Of a stretch of DNA of 64,000 bases, positions 26,201 to 38,400 are shown piece after piece. The first letter of the stretch is position 1. Each line of letters begins with the position of its first letter. Location: assembly GCA_048772705.1 (NCBI GenBank), contig JBLWGC010000121.1, positions 229,020 to 293,019 on the forward strand, given 5' to 3'. This DNA is from Leidyana gryllorum EB-2025a. Lineage: Eukaryota; Protista; Apicomplexa. A program made the position numbers and the translations under genes. The notes beneath the pieces were generated by a model. That model saw only the letters and a list, made by a program, of their open reading frames with translations. It was not told where the DNA came from and ran no database searches.

Positions 26201-27403
26201 AGATCGTCCAATCTATCCCCTTTGGACCTGATGAAGTCCCAACTTCCATAACTACCTGTCAGTTCCTTGAGTATTCTATGCACCCCGCGTTGGTCGTCGG
26301 AACGGCAACCGGCATGAAGTTGGACACACGAAAAGTACAAAGCGGCCATATCAAAGTCTACGTCTATGACGAAGAGGGCAAGTTGGCCCTGCATCACTCG
26401 GTAAGACGCCTCAAAGTAACTCCATCACCAATTTATCCAACGCAGACTCCCGTGGAGGACGTACCTTTGGCCCTTTGTCCCTGGGCCGGCCAGCTTCTGG
26501 CTGGCGTCGGGCACAGAATCCGCATCTATACTCTCGGCAAAAAACGGCTTTTGAAACGGTGTGAATACAAAGTGAGCAATCAATGCTTCCGACCTTCTCA
26601 CTCTTCTAACCCCAATAGAATCTGCCCAACGGCATTTCTTGGCTCCGAGTCAATGGCGATCGCATCTTTGCCGCTGACGCTCGTGCCGGCTTCCACGTCC
26701 TCAAGTACAATCCGCTCGAGAATGTTCTTCAGGTCGTGGGAGATATGGTGGTTCCTCGATGGATCACCTGCGGCGAGGTTGTGGACCCTTACACCATCGT
26801 CGGAGGCGATACTTTCGACAACGCGTTTGTCGTCAGACTGCCACCAGGAAGCGTCAAAGAAGCTGAGCTGTACGATACAACCGGTCTCAAAGTGCGCGGT
26901 GACACTGCCTATCTGACGGGCCAATGCCACAAGGTAAGAAGCCGTGCTGATTCGGAATCATCCAAACTTGCCAGATGGAGCGCATGTGCGAATTCCATCT
27001 GGGTGATATGCCGGTGGCGATGCAGAAGTGTCTGTTGGCGCCTGGAAGCGCTGAAGTGGTGGTGTACGGAACCATCATGGGAGGTGTTGGGGTTCTACTT
27101 CCGTTACAGACACAGAAAGAAGTCGAACTGCTACAACACCTCGAAATGCTTATGCGGTTGGAAGAGGTGTCATTGGTGGGCCGAGATCATATCTTTTTCC
27201 GGTCGGCTTACTTCCCGGTCAAGGTGAGAATTGTGGAATACTTTTTTGTCATCTGTTTTCGATAGAATGTGATAGATGCTGATCTATTGGAATTGTATCC
27301 CAGCATGAAGGAAGAGCGACAAGTCTGGATAGCTCAGCAAATAGATAAAACTCCGTCTGATATTCTCAGATTGCTTGATGATCTCCGCTCTAGAATCATC
27401 TAA
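23244..27403 (+). CDS. SF3B3: Splicing factor 3B subunit 3 (SAP130/Rse1)
   Basis: [92 protein letters not shown]. Confidence 0.95.
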
Positions 27404-28320
27404 GCGTAGCCACTGATTGAATTCGTTGACATTCCTACTTTCGGAAGTCTAACACACTGATGCAGTTGATGTGGACGGAACCCGTCAGATGAAGTTGGAT
27501 CCAATCGACCCCATTCATCCACTCTGTACACCACTAAATCCCAGTACGCTGGCTCGTCCACAAGAAGAGCTCTTTTCAAAGCCTGGAAATTGAGAAATAA
27601 TAACGGTTATTTCCCAGGCAATCGCCTCACCTTAGAAAAAACCTTTATTGTCTCAGTTCGCTCTTCTGCAGTGGCATTGGCGAGGTTCCGAAGTGATACA
27701 TGTCTCATAGCTTTCGGTGATATGGCGCTGGGTCGCCCGTGGGTGCTCTGAATCGTCTCTACTTCCTGCAGCTGACCCAGTCGTTCGTCCAATAAACGAC
27801 AGAGATCGATAAGCTTCGATACACCCATCGCCTCGTCTGTCCAATGCTTCGCTGCAATCGGGAGAAGTGCCAGCGTGTTGCAGCCGTCAAAGGCAATCAG
27901 GTTTCCTTCTGTGTCCGCACTCAATGCATGTTCCACAGGGAAGGGTTGGTCGGTCAAACCTCGTCCAAACTCGTTCACGATCTCCAAGAGCTGCCGCTCT
28001 ATTGGATCGAAAGGGTTCGCTTTGGACGATGATCGAGTTGTTATTGAAAAGAATGAAGTCATCGAACAGTGCAAAGGAAACAGCGCACTCTTGTCCCAAC
28101 CAAACTGACGGCATAGTGCCTCACGGGCGCTGACCAAATCTGTTCGCAAACATCCATCCTCAGAAGGCTCCAGATAGACAATGTAGGTGGCATCACCATA
28201 GGCAGCCGCAGGGGTCCAGCTAGGTAAATGGTCCACAGCCTGATCAGTATCCACGGTACTTAAGACCGAGGGGGTAGAAATTGGTGCGATAAGACATTCG
28301 TCCGAGAACACATTCGACAT
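27400..28320 (-). CDS. Stand-alone 2H phosphoesterase family protein (paralog A)
   Basis: Two HxS motifs (PLHCSMTSFF, MRHVSL); N-terminal YIVYLEPS; spliced last exon WDLVVYRVDEWGRLD..PHQLHQCVRL. Confidence 0.7.
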
Positions 28321-28662
28321 TTAAGTGGAAAAGACGTGCTGCGAAGGCCACGATTGTGTCACTGATTGGACATCGAACGTGTGTTCGACAGGAAGCAAAG
28401 ATTACGTTAATGCGTTTTCACAGGATCATGGGCGGAGGACATCACTGGATGATCCATACCCCCCCTCACTACGGGCTGAGGCAATTTTAAGCGACATCTG
28501 AAGGCGATTGCCCGAGATATAACTGGCTCGGGACACACTCGCGCCAACACACTACCGAGATAGCTGCTTGTTTGTACGATGCGTGGAAATGAATGTCATA
28601 ACACATAGCCACATAACGTCGGAATCGACACTTAACGCACCACACTCTAGAAGACACATCAA

Positions 28663-29256
28663 ATGCCGGCTCAACAGCAGCGTGTCATGCCTCGTCGGGC
28701 CGCCGCCGCAGCTCAGCGCAAGCTCGCAGAGCCTGCTTCACCGGTTGCTACATTGCCGACAGCTGACGTGACAGCGGAAATTGACACGGAGGTCTCACAT
28801 CAAATAGTCCAGAGGTTGCCGGCTCGGCCCTCCAAGCCGAAGAAATCTGCTGGTGCCAAGGCCGCGGTCAGGACGCCGCAACCCAGCAGTCCAAAGGCGG
28901 CTCTTACCTCTTCCCGCACCGCCGGTCCAACCAAGGCTGCTCCCAAGCGGTCCAAAGTGACCAACCTTCAGTCCAAGAAGACGAAGGCAGCTGCCTCAGC
29001 CCCATCTGAAGAGGTGACAAAGCCAGTGGAAGCCTCGCCGCCATCAGCGTCTGCAACTGGTGCAGCAGACGAGAAAGAGCGTCGTGTCACCCGGGCTTTG
29101 GCAGCCAAACTTCGAGAAGCAGGCATTGAGCCGGAGACCTATACGACTTTGCCCCAAAGACAGGCTCCCAAGAAGGAAACCGCTAAGCCACGGCCGAAGC
29201 GGAAGGCAGCTGCTACAAAGGCCTCCAAGCCATCAGCGTCATCCACCACAAACTAA
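28663..29256 (+). CDS. Basic Lys/Ala/Pro-rich low-complexity protein (H1-tail-like composition)
   Basis: 197-aa intronless ORF rich in K/A/P/S/T with no globular domain. Confidence 0.6.
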   Translation: MPAQQQRVMPRRAAAAAQRKLAEPASPVATLPTADVTAEIDTEVSHQIVQRLPARPSKPKKSAGAKAAVRTPQPSSPKAALTSSRTAGPTKAAPKRSKVTNLQSKKTKAAASAPSEEVTKPVEASPPSASATGAADEKERRVTRALAAKLREAGIEPETYTTLPQRQAPKKETAKPRPKRKAAATKASKPSASSTTN

Positions 29257-29329
29257 TCATTGAATTACACCTCTAACCCAGCAGGAGTAAGATTGAGTAG
29301 TTGGGAACTTTTTGTGTAGTTTGAATAAA

Positions 29330-31975
29330 ATGGCTGAGGTGGAAGCACCTCCGGGTAGAATTAGTGCCTATCTGAAGTATCTCGATAATCCTCGGAAGGG
29401 TGATATTCCAAGCAATCCAGGTATCGGAACTGCGGTTTTATATGGCCATTAAACGTAACCAGACGGCTGGGTGGAAGTCCTACTGGACGCATATGTCCGA
29501 GCCGGCGTAGATGCTATTCAAGCTGCTAAACACATTGACAACATATCCTCCAATGTGCCCGCTGGGGCCAAAACGCAGCCTCTGTATCTCGCAGTCCAGC
29601 ACCATTTGGTAGGGACTCCCATCCACTTCCCAAGGGGCAACCTCACCTCGCTAATCTGCAGCACCACGTGATCGGGAATACTCGTTGTGCTGCTGACTAT
29701 CTCCAGAAGCTGATGGCCACTAAGCCCACAAGCGCTGAGGAGCGGGATGTCATTCAGCAGGCCAAGCAGAACTATGTTGGAACGCTGCCTTCCATAGTAA
29801 CACTTGACAGAGTTGCCCCTTCTATTAGTTCTCAAGCTCAAAGCCTCCCCCAGGACGCTGCTGAAGACTCTTTTGAAAGCTTCTTCAACCGGGGCTTAGC
29901 TCTTCTCAGTTCCCAGCTTGCTCTTCAAGCGACCCCCGACCCCCGTATGGTACAAGAAGCTGTTGACTTACTCAAAACGGCCGAGAATATGTGCCAGAGC
30001 TCAAGCCCTAAACGCTCCGTATCCAAGAATGCTTCACAATTGAGCGATGCTTCTGTCTTGGGTGAAGCTCTGCGCGACAAAAACTGCGATATGGCAATGG
30101 CCCGATTGGCGGTAAGGAATTAGTTTGTCGGGCCGCGCGCTGAAATGTCCTCTTCACAGAGACGTATTGCTGAGCGCCAAGCACAGATACTTCCTGACAG
30201 TGACCTCGCGCTAATGCTTGCTGAATGGGATCAGACCGTGGGAAATGCTATGCAAAACTGGACTGAAGGCATTGACAAACATCAAGCCTGCGTACTCCAG
30301 TTGTGCAGATCCAATCTTCTGGCACTTCTTCTCAATAATCACGCATTACAAGCGCCCCTCAATGACCGACTGCAATCTGAGGTACTCTCACCCTACCAGG
30401 TCCGGTGGCAGGGCCTGGCGGCTACGCCAGCCCATTCCGTCCACATGCTCAAGGCTGCGGTGCAGTTTCGGCGCTTATACATAGGCTTGCCTGAACAGCT
30501 GTTGATCTCACAGCGTCTGGCGCATTTGCACAATCAGCTCAGCATCAAGGTGGGCCTTGCTTACAATGCTATGCCACATTTGATTTTGTCACAGGACAGA
30601 GCGGGCGGAGAGGTGGTAAAACTACGACGGGCGAATTTGAGTCAAATGGCAGGTGATGAGGTGTCTAAGAGCTTTTTACTGGCCGAAGCCCAATACCTGG
30701 CTGCAGTGAGTTGAAGGGGTCTTGAAATCGTGTGCACACACGTAATCTCAGTTGAGTCTTGGGAAGGTGGCCAAGGCACGTAAGGCCCAGGCGACAGGGA
30801 TGAGGGCTCTGAGGAACGAGACCCGTACTCCGTCGCTGGTCTTTTTACAGCATCTGACGGCGCATCTGGCCAACCTCTTGGAGGATGGGGAACGGAGCGT
30901 TGGTGTATCACGCGTGTTGGCTGTTTGGCCGGTGCAGTTGCATTTGAGAGGGCTTTGCTTGCCGGAAGCTACAGGTGAGTGGCAGGACGAGTTGTTGAGC
31001 AGCCAGATGGTGTATGGCTTGTGCGTATAGGTGTGCAACGTGACGCGTTTGTGTACGCTGCGGGGCGAGTGATCCCAAATATTGAGGGGCTCGCGGGGGT
31101 ACGGGTGGCTGAGCATTGGCTGAAGTGGATCCGTGAAGTGCGTTCGAAGGTGAGAGGTTATGGTTTTCTGGGCTGTGTATGATCATGGACGATATGTCAG
31201 GGATCGCGGGCTCTGGGATGGCTGGAGGAGGCCGAAATGCGGCTGGGAAGTCGTGCAGGTCATTACACTATGGAGACCGTGCAGTGGTTGGCAAAGCGGC
31301 AATCGGAGAGACGGGATACGGCTGAGGGGTTACTGAGCGTGTTGGGTCAGAAGGAGGTGATGGGTGACTTTGGGGAGAAGTTGATCGATTCGTTGGATTC
31401 CGAAGTGTTTATGATTGGTAGGGAAGGGCATATTGTTTGAATGATTGGGATGTCGGTCTAAATAGATGCGGAGGAGATCGAAGAGAATCTGGACTGGCGT
31501 TTCTTGGTGGAGCGGCGATTACGAAGAGCGGTTTTTGTGCCAAAGGAGGTTGGTGTGTCGACAAAGGGTGTGGAAAAGGAGAACTGTCCGCCGAAAGTGA
31601 GGGTTTCACGTCGCCCGAAAGACTTCAATCCGGCCGGCCCAACGACCAAGTTAGACCCGGAGCGTTGGTTACCCAAGAAGCAACGGTGAGTAATTGTGAG
31701 GGGTCGCGATGGAGTGGTTTTGTGATAGGAGTTACAACCAAGGTGCAATAAAGCGGAAAGGAAAGAAACAGCCCCAACGAGAGAAAGCAGCTGCAGCCGC
31801 ATCCGGGCTTGGGACTCAGGGTGTTATGATTGGGCAGGAGGTGGAGGTTGATTTGAGTGGGCTAAGAAGTAAGACTGTGATGTTGGTGTGCGTTCAATAG
31901 GTGACTGCAGGTGGTACTGAGGCGAGTAGAGGAGGAGGAAAGAAAGGGGGGAGACGACGTGGACGTAACGTGTGA
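29330..31975 (+). CDS. SRP72: Signal recognition particle subunit SRP72
   Basis: C-terminal SRP RNA-binding motif PKDFNP..KLDPERWLPKKQR, followed by GLGTQG and a basic tail GKKGGRRRGRNV*; helical TPR-like N-terminus over multiple exons. Confidence 0.85.
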
Positions 31976-32065
31976 CATTCACTTTTTTTTCGCGCTGAGA
32001 GAGACACTGTAGGATCCCTGCAGAGGCCGCTTACGGGCCTGAGAGGCCGCCGAGAAATGCTCCTG

Positions 32066-32120
32066 TGAGAGAGACAGAGAGAGAGATATATTGATTGATT
32101 GACTGACTGACTGACTGACC
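32066..32120. repeat. Compound microsatellite (GA)n-(GATT)n-(GACT)n
   Basis: gagagacagagagagagatatattgattgattgactgactgactgactgacc. Confidence 0.7.
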
Positions 32121-32368
32121 GACCTACACCGAGAGAACCTTCACCATTCACACAAAGAATCCATTTTATTTCCTGGAAGAAGAGCGGAAAGTCTTGAATT
32201 CATTCTAAGTGATCCCCTCTCTTCTTATATCCACCCCTTCAAGATGTTGAACTTTGGCAACTTGGAGACCATGAATTCTGAAAACTGGCTGCTCTAAGTC
32301 GAGGCCACTCCCCGTTGTCTTCGCGCCTACCTCCTGCCGCCGTCCTTTCTCCCTCACACTTCACCACG

Positions 32369-33500
32369 ATGAAGAGCCGAACGTTCATAGTGTATCTGGA
32401 GCCGTCTGGAGATTCGGCGATGGCGAAGCATGTGAATACGGCTAGGAATCTTCTCGGGACTTCGATCGGTTACGATGACTCCCATCTATATCCTCTCCAC
32501 TGCAGCTTGACCAGTTTCTTTGACGTCGTCCTGCCAGAAGACGCTTCGGAGAAGAGCGAAGAAGTAGAAGAGGTTCTTAACAAGGCCATTCGAGAGGCTC
32601 TCTCCAGTTACATCTCCTGTCGCTTTGAAGGTGCGCCGCCCTTGTTCTCCGCCCTGGACAACAAGAAAGTACCGCCGCGCTGGAGTCCGTCGTCCTTCTG
32701 CTCGACTCGTAGCTGCTCTGCTCGCAGCAGAAGTTCATCGCTGTCCGCTTTTGCCGAAGACACCGCTGCTCTCCCCGACGATCTAACAAATAACAACGAT
32801 TGCACGGCTTCGTCATCGTTGTCCACAACTTCATCAGTCGAAGATCCCACCCCGCTACCGGACGCTTCCTTCTCCCCATCCATCAACATCCCCACCACAG
32901 CTGCCTACTTCCGTGTCAAGCGCCAACTGAGTTCATCAGAGTCCCAAGTACCCCAGCAACAACAACTACAATCACAAAAGGAGGGCGAATCAACTAATCT
33001 GAAACATGTACACATTACCCCCGACGGATCTCTCATATACCCTCTGACGGCGGATGGGTTATCCAAGGAGTCAATTATGTATCTTTGTCAGACTATACAA
33101 GAATCTATACATCGAGCTCTCCCGAAAGCTGAGGTGAAGGGCAGTCGCAAACCTGTCCCGGGCATACAACCCAAACAAGCAACTCATATGACCCTGTTGA
33201 GCAACAAAGGGAACAAGACACAGGACCCCACTTGGAGCGTACATCGCATGGCTCAATTTCTCGACAGGGTGAGTTACTAGTGTCTCCATCGAACGTGTGT
33301 GCTACTTCCTCCCTACGCAGGCTGCGAGCGTTACAGTTCCCCACCTGACCGAGTGGGATGTGGTGGTGAATGAGCTACAGCGCTGGGGCTCTCTGGACGG
33401 ACCCAAAGGCGAGTCGGGGAGTCGTTTTGAGGCGGTTCATCCCCATGTCTTTGTCGAAGTGTGTCGGTTGAGGGGAATAGGGATTAGCGCTCTACAATGA
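32369..33500 (+). CDS. Stand-alone 2H phosphoesterase family protein (paralog B) with a Ser-rich insertion
   Basis: FIVYLEPS; PLHCSLTSFF; THMTL; last exon WDVVVNELQRWGSLD..PHVFVEVCRL. Aligns by eye with the 27400-28320 protein. Confidence 0.7.
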
Positions 33501-33537
33501 CTGCTGCCTTGTATTTGTTTTGTGCTAAAGAAAGCGA

Positions 33538-35438
33538 ATGAATAGTGAAACCAAAAGAGTAAGAGAAATACCAACACCACCAGCACGCACAGTCCCCACA
33601 CCTCTGGTGACCAACGACAAGCGACTTCCGCAGGCCCAGCTGGAATCACTACTCACCTCAGTGGGCCAAACTCTGGGGCGAAGTGATGCTGAAATAGCAG
33701 AAATATCGCGCAAGTATGCCATCTATCTATGTTTGTGATACCACTCGACCTATCTATCACTCCGCAGACTCATAGAGGATGAGTGGTTCGACTCGATAGG
33801 TATGCCTTCTGCGCTATCACTCAGATAATGACCGATTCAAAAACATCGTCAGACGCGTTCAGAGACCTGGATGACGCACGATGGAACTCACTACCGGTGC
33901 CCAAACGTTTCGCAGCTGCTCTGAAGAAACGCTTGGAGGAACTGGGAGGTGGTGTCAAGCAGCCTAATAATGCTGTTCCTGACTCACAGCCTTCTACACA
34001 GCACCAGGAAGAAGTGCCAGCAAATGCGGACGACAGCATCCTTTCATATCTTCCTCCCGATCCGGATAGCTGTCCTTGGGCTGACCTCGCCGTTCCCCAA
34101 GTCATCGCTGCCTTTGAAGAACGGGTATTGAAAGGTGTCCGCGAAGACGCAGTGGCGTCACTGACGGCTCTCTACCGCATCGTGAATGCTCTGCTGGTCG
34201 CTCCACGAGATCCAACGAAGCGAAGAATTCGCAAAGGCAACCCCAATTTTCAAAGGAGGGTCGGCCAATACGATGAGGGATTGAACGTTCTGACCGCTAT
34301 AGGTTTCGTTGAGGAGATGGACAACGGCGAGGTGTACCTCCTTTTGCCAACTCTGTACTTCAGTCGTTGCACAGACGCGGCTCATCTGCTTCGAAACTCG
34401 GTGGTCAGACTCGGAGGCACGCTACCCAGTACCCCCATTCCCACAAGGTACCGACAAGGCCCAATGTGGGCTCGTTCCCCTATTTCCCTCCGCAGCTTCA
34501 ACCCGTATCAATCTAACGTCGGAACGACCCGACCCGAAGCCATGCGGTGAGGATGAAGTCCAAGAGCCCGGATTACTCAATCTGATTGACAGCGTTGCGG
34601 TTACCGAGGTGGCCAACGATCCTTCGACCCTCAAGAAGTTGATCGCCCGGGAGACGCGACTCAGAGCGGTGAGGCAGACATCTCCGGCAATCGACTTTTT
34701 GTCTTTCAGACCGGAGGACCTGGTGAGGTCCCTCTCAACAAGGTGTACTACCCGCCGGGGGTCAGTCTGCCAACCCCAGCCCAGATTGACGCCTTCTCTT
34801 ATGATGCTCATCGTGACGGCGGAGGACCTTCGTCCGGGGGCATGGACCCCGAGACGCTAGCCAGAATCCAGGATGTAAGCTCGCAATGTCCACACAAGTT
34901 GGAGTCGCCATGTGGCTGCAGGTAATGAAGGGTGAACGAAAGTTCAAGTCGCAAGCCAAAGAGCATCTAGAATCTTTGATGAAACAGCCTGTATTCCCAA
35001 AGTGTGTAATGAGGATAAAAGCTCCCGATAACGGAGTGGTCCAACTCGATTTCAAACCCAATACCACAATCCAACAAGTTCTCGATACGTTATGGGACGA
35101 GGTGAGTACTCTGGTCTGTCCCCCGTGTTTCATCCCCTGCCAATGAATTTCCCCAGGCCTTCACTCCCGACTTCAAGCAGTTTTTGGTCGACAACAACAG
35201 CAACGAAGACGCTGCTACGGCCGCTGATGCTGCGATCTATTGGATCTTCACCACCCCTCCTGTGAAAAGGTGCCCGGGGGAATCCACGCTCTTCAAGCAG
35301 GTGAGTCACCGCCAAAAGGAGGGAGGGAGAGAGATGTCCTTTGTCTGTCTGCAGGGTTTCGTACCGAACGGAATGGCTCGGCTGGGCTACCGAGCCACCG
35401 GTCCCGCGACAAACTATACAGGTCCATTTTTCAATTAG
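33538..35438 (+). CDS. PUB + UBX domain p97/Cdc48 cofactor (UBXN6-like) with an N-terminal SAM-like segment
   Basis: PUB: LYRIVNALL..P...KRRIRKGNPNFQRRV..LTAIGF. UBX: MRIKAPDNGVVQLDFKP..TTPP..TLFKQ|GFVP. Includes a ~32-nt micro-exon near 33768-33799. Confidence 0.8.
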
Positions 35439-38400
35439 CGAAAGGCGTTAAACAGGCCTGATACCACCAGTGATCCATCTAACTCTAGAATGGCAACATT
35501 GTGGAATTGTGATGACACCCTCGGAACCCAGAGTATCCTCCGGATCAGATCTTCTTGCACCGCGGGCACTTGGAGAGTAGCCACAGATAGTGGGTTACTG
35601 TGAGGGTGAATAGTCTCAGCATTATGCTGCCGCGGAGCAGATCTATATACAGCAACGTGTGGCAGCGATACATCGGTCCGCCTGAAAACAATCACTCACT
35701 AGAAGAAAGCCAACGTCCATCTCCCCCTTACCCAGTGTCAATACTCTCCAAAAGCAATCGTGAATCCTTCGGCTGATAAACAGCCCGGTTACATCCTAGT
35801 GTTATATGTGGGTAGTCTTTTCGCCGACCCTTCTCGAACATCCAAGGAAGTTTTCCCGCCGAATGCCCGATCTCCTCCAGAGGGAGCACGGCACACGTTA
35901 TCAAACCACCCGTAGCAATCACCACGTGGGTAACGCGAAACCGGTACTCCTGTCCACTAGCGAAACTCGTGCGCTCCGCCGCCTTCATGGCTGCCGAATC
36001 GAAACGAGCAGCTGGACCGAAATACCGGGTAGTAACATGCAAATCAGCCACAGGAACCACCGGCGTCTGCAAACACGAGTGCGCGTGTGGCAAACAATCC
36101 GTTGGTCACTCACCTGTAAGACCAACGCGGTGGCCGCATTGGCGGCCGGGGTGTCGCCGTAAGTCTGACGCAAACTTTCGGTGACTATGTACAGGAAGAA
36201 GGAAATTGTTTCCGGACCGACCCGAACCGCGTCATCATTGTGCAGCCGAACACCGAGATACAACGGAGTACCATGACTGACCAAGTCCTTCAAAAATCGT
36301 TTCTCGGCTTTCGAAGAGGAAGCGGGCATGTAGGATGACGGAGGCCCACCCCGGCTGTCTTCTTCGCTCCGTGGACCCAAAGAACTTTGCAAGCCTGTGG
36401 CCACACTCGGGGCTTGCTGCCAAGTGTGACCAACACCAGGATCTCCGAGTCCGGGGGCGCTAGGACGGCTGGGTGTCTGGTCTATCGGCGGAGCGCGTAG
36501 ACCACTTCTGTTGGCTGAAATATCTATGCCGGTATCGGCAGATACGGACACTCCTCTATCAAAAGGCAATGATCGCGGGCTATTCAGTATATTTATGTCC
36601 GGTGAAGTGCGAGCACTCATACATATCCATCCCAGAGGTTGCGCGGCGGCTTCGATGATTCGCTGTAAGCCTTTGGACGTCGACTCCAAGATCTGCGGTG
36701 TGAATTTCGTGTGTGTGTGCGCTTTACGGCAAATGGGTGGCTTACGCTGGACTGTTCCAGGGTTGTGATTATGCGAAAAATGTCTTGATCATTATCAATT
36801 GCTTGACCGAGTTTGCGCAATATATGCAGCAAATTCCGGCATTTGGGCTCCAATGCATTGTTTGCGGCGAAGGGTTGGAAATAATTAGGGGCAAGTAAAC
36901 GAGCGACCTCGACGCGTGCTTCAGTGATGAGATTGTCAAAGAGCGGACTGATGGTGCGGCACAGCTCATTCCAACTCGGTCGCACAGTATCCACTTCCGC
37001 AACAGTAGCATTCTGGATATGTGGATATTGCCAATGAGGGTTGTAGGTGTCCACGAGTGGTGACCGTGTCAGGGCTCCCCAGTGTAGCCCACGGTTACGA
37101 CTGACAAAAGACAGGTATATAGGCAGACTGCGAGCGGCATCGTCCAGAGTGGGATGATCTCTTCGGCGAACGACACGCAGTGCGCATTCGATGATTCCAT
37201 CCAGTGACCAGGGAATGGACCAGGTGGACGTAGCAGCTGGCCCACTGGGCACTTGCTGAGGACTTCGGGTGCCCCCACGAGGGCCGGAGGCAGCCCATTT
37301 GGACACTTCTGCCCGCAAAAGGGGAAGGGGTGGCCCATTGCATCTTTCGCCCCTTTCAAACACACGTGGGTCCGCCAATGGACTGCTCAGTGCCTGACTC
37401 CAAATTGTAGCACAAGACGAACATTCTGACACAGAATGCACTGGATAAGCAGTACACACGTCGGACGAAGGTGTGAAGAGCAGGTACTTGTATATGTGCC
37501 AGTATCCCGCATCGCGAATGCGACGTGACATGGTGTCGATGCGCTCGAGCTGTCCATCCCAAGCGTCAGCTAATTGCGCCTTGTCCAACAGAATCCAAAT
37601 GTCTTGTGGGGTCTCCTGATGTTCCCGCAAACTTTGTTCGATTTGCACACGCGCGCGATCCTCCATCAAAGCTCTCCCTGCAGAATGCGCAAATGTGGCG
37701 AGATACGTGACGACATTGCGGGGCGGTAGTGAGCGGCATTGGGTAAAAAAGCCGCAGGGAGCCAGCCCACCCAAGCTGCCACCCACCAAGCTGCCAGTCA
37801 ACGCCTGTTTTTACTTACCTCTCTTGGCCGCTCGACGATATATGTTCTCCGATCTGTGAGAAGCTTCCCCGAATTGATGCAAAACCTGAGTGATGAGTGA
37901 TGTTTGGATTGAACTTTGTGTTTGTGGGGGGCTTACTTGAGCGATTGTTTCGTCTGAGCTCAACCACAGCAGCGTGAGATGGCGGCCGGTGAGTCTGGAA
38001 CGGCCTCTGGCGACAAGCATTCCACCCCCATTTAGTTGCGAGAAATCAGATACATAATGTACGCCCGCTTTGACTTTGGTATAGTCGGCTGGTTTGGGGA
38101 GAAGTGAGATTCTTTTGGCTCCCATACTGTTGGCGGTCTCTATTAGGAGTTCACCGTTGTGGTCGCACATTGTTCGCAGGAGATACCGTGTGATTCCTTT
38201 GAGTAGTGTGGATTTGCCACAGCCTGGGAAGCCGTGTGTGAGTACCCAAAGGACTCTTCTTTCTTCTGGGGTTGTGGCTGATAGATCAAAGTCAGTTGGG
38301 GTGTCATCGGGGGTGGCGCTTTGTTGTTCGTCAGCAGCTGCTTGTGTAATTGATGGCGGAACAATCAGCTCATCGAGGGTGGCTTTGAAGCCCTTAAGAT

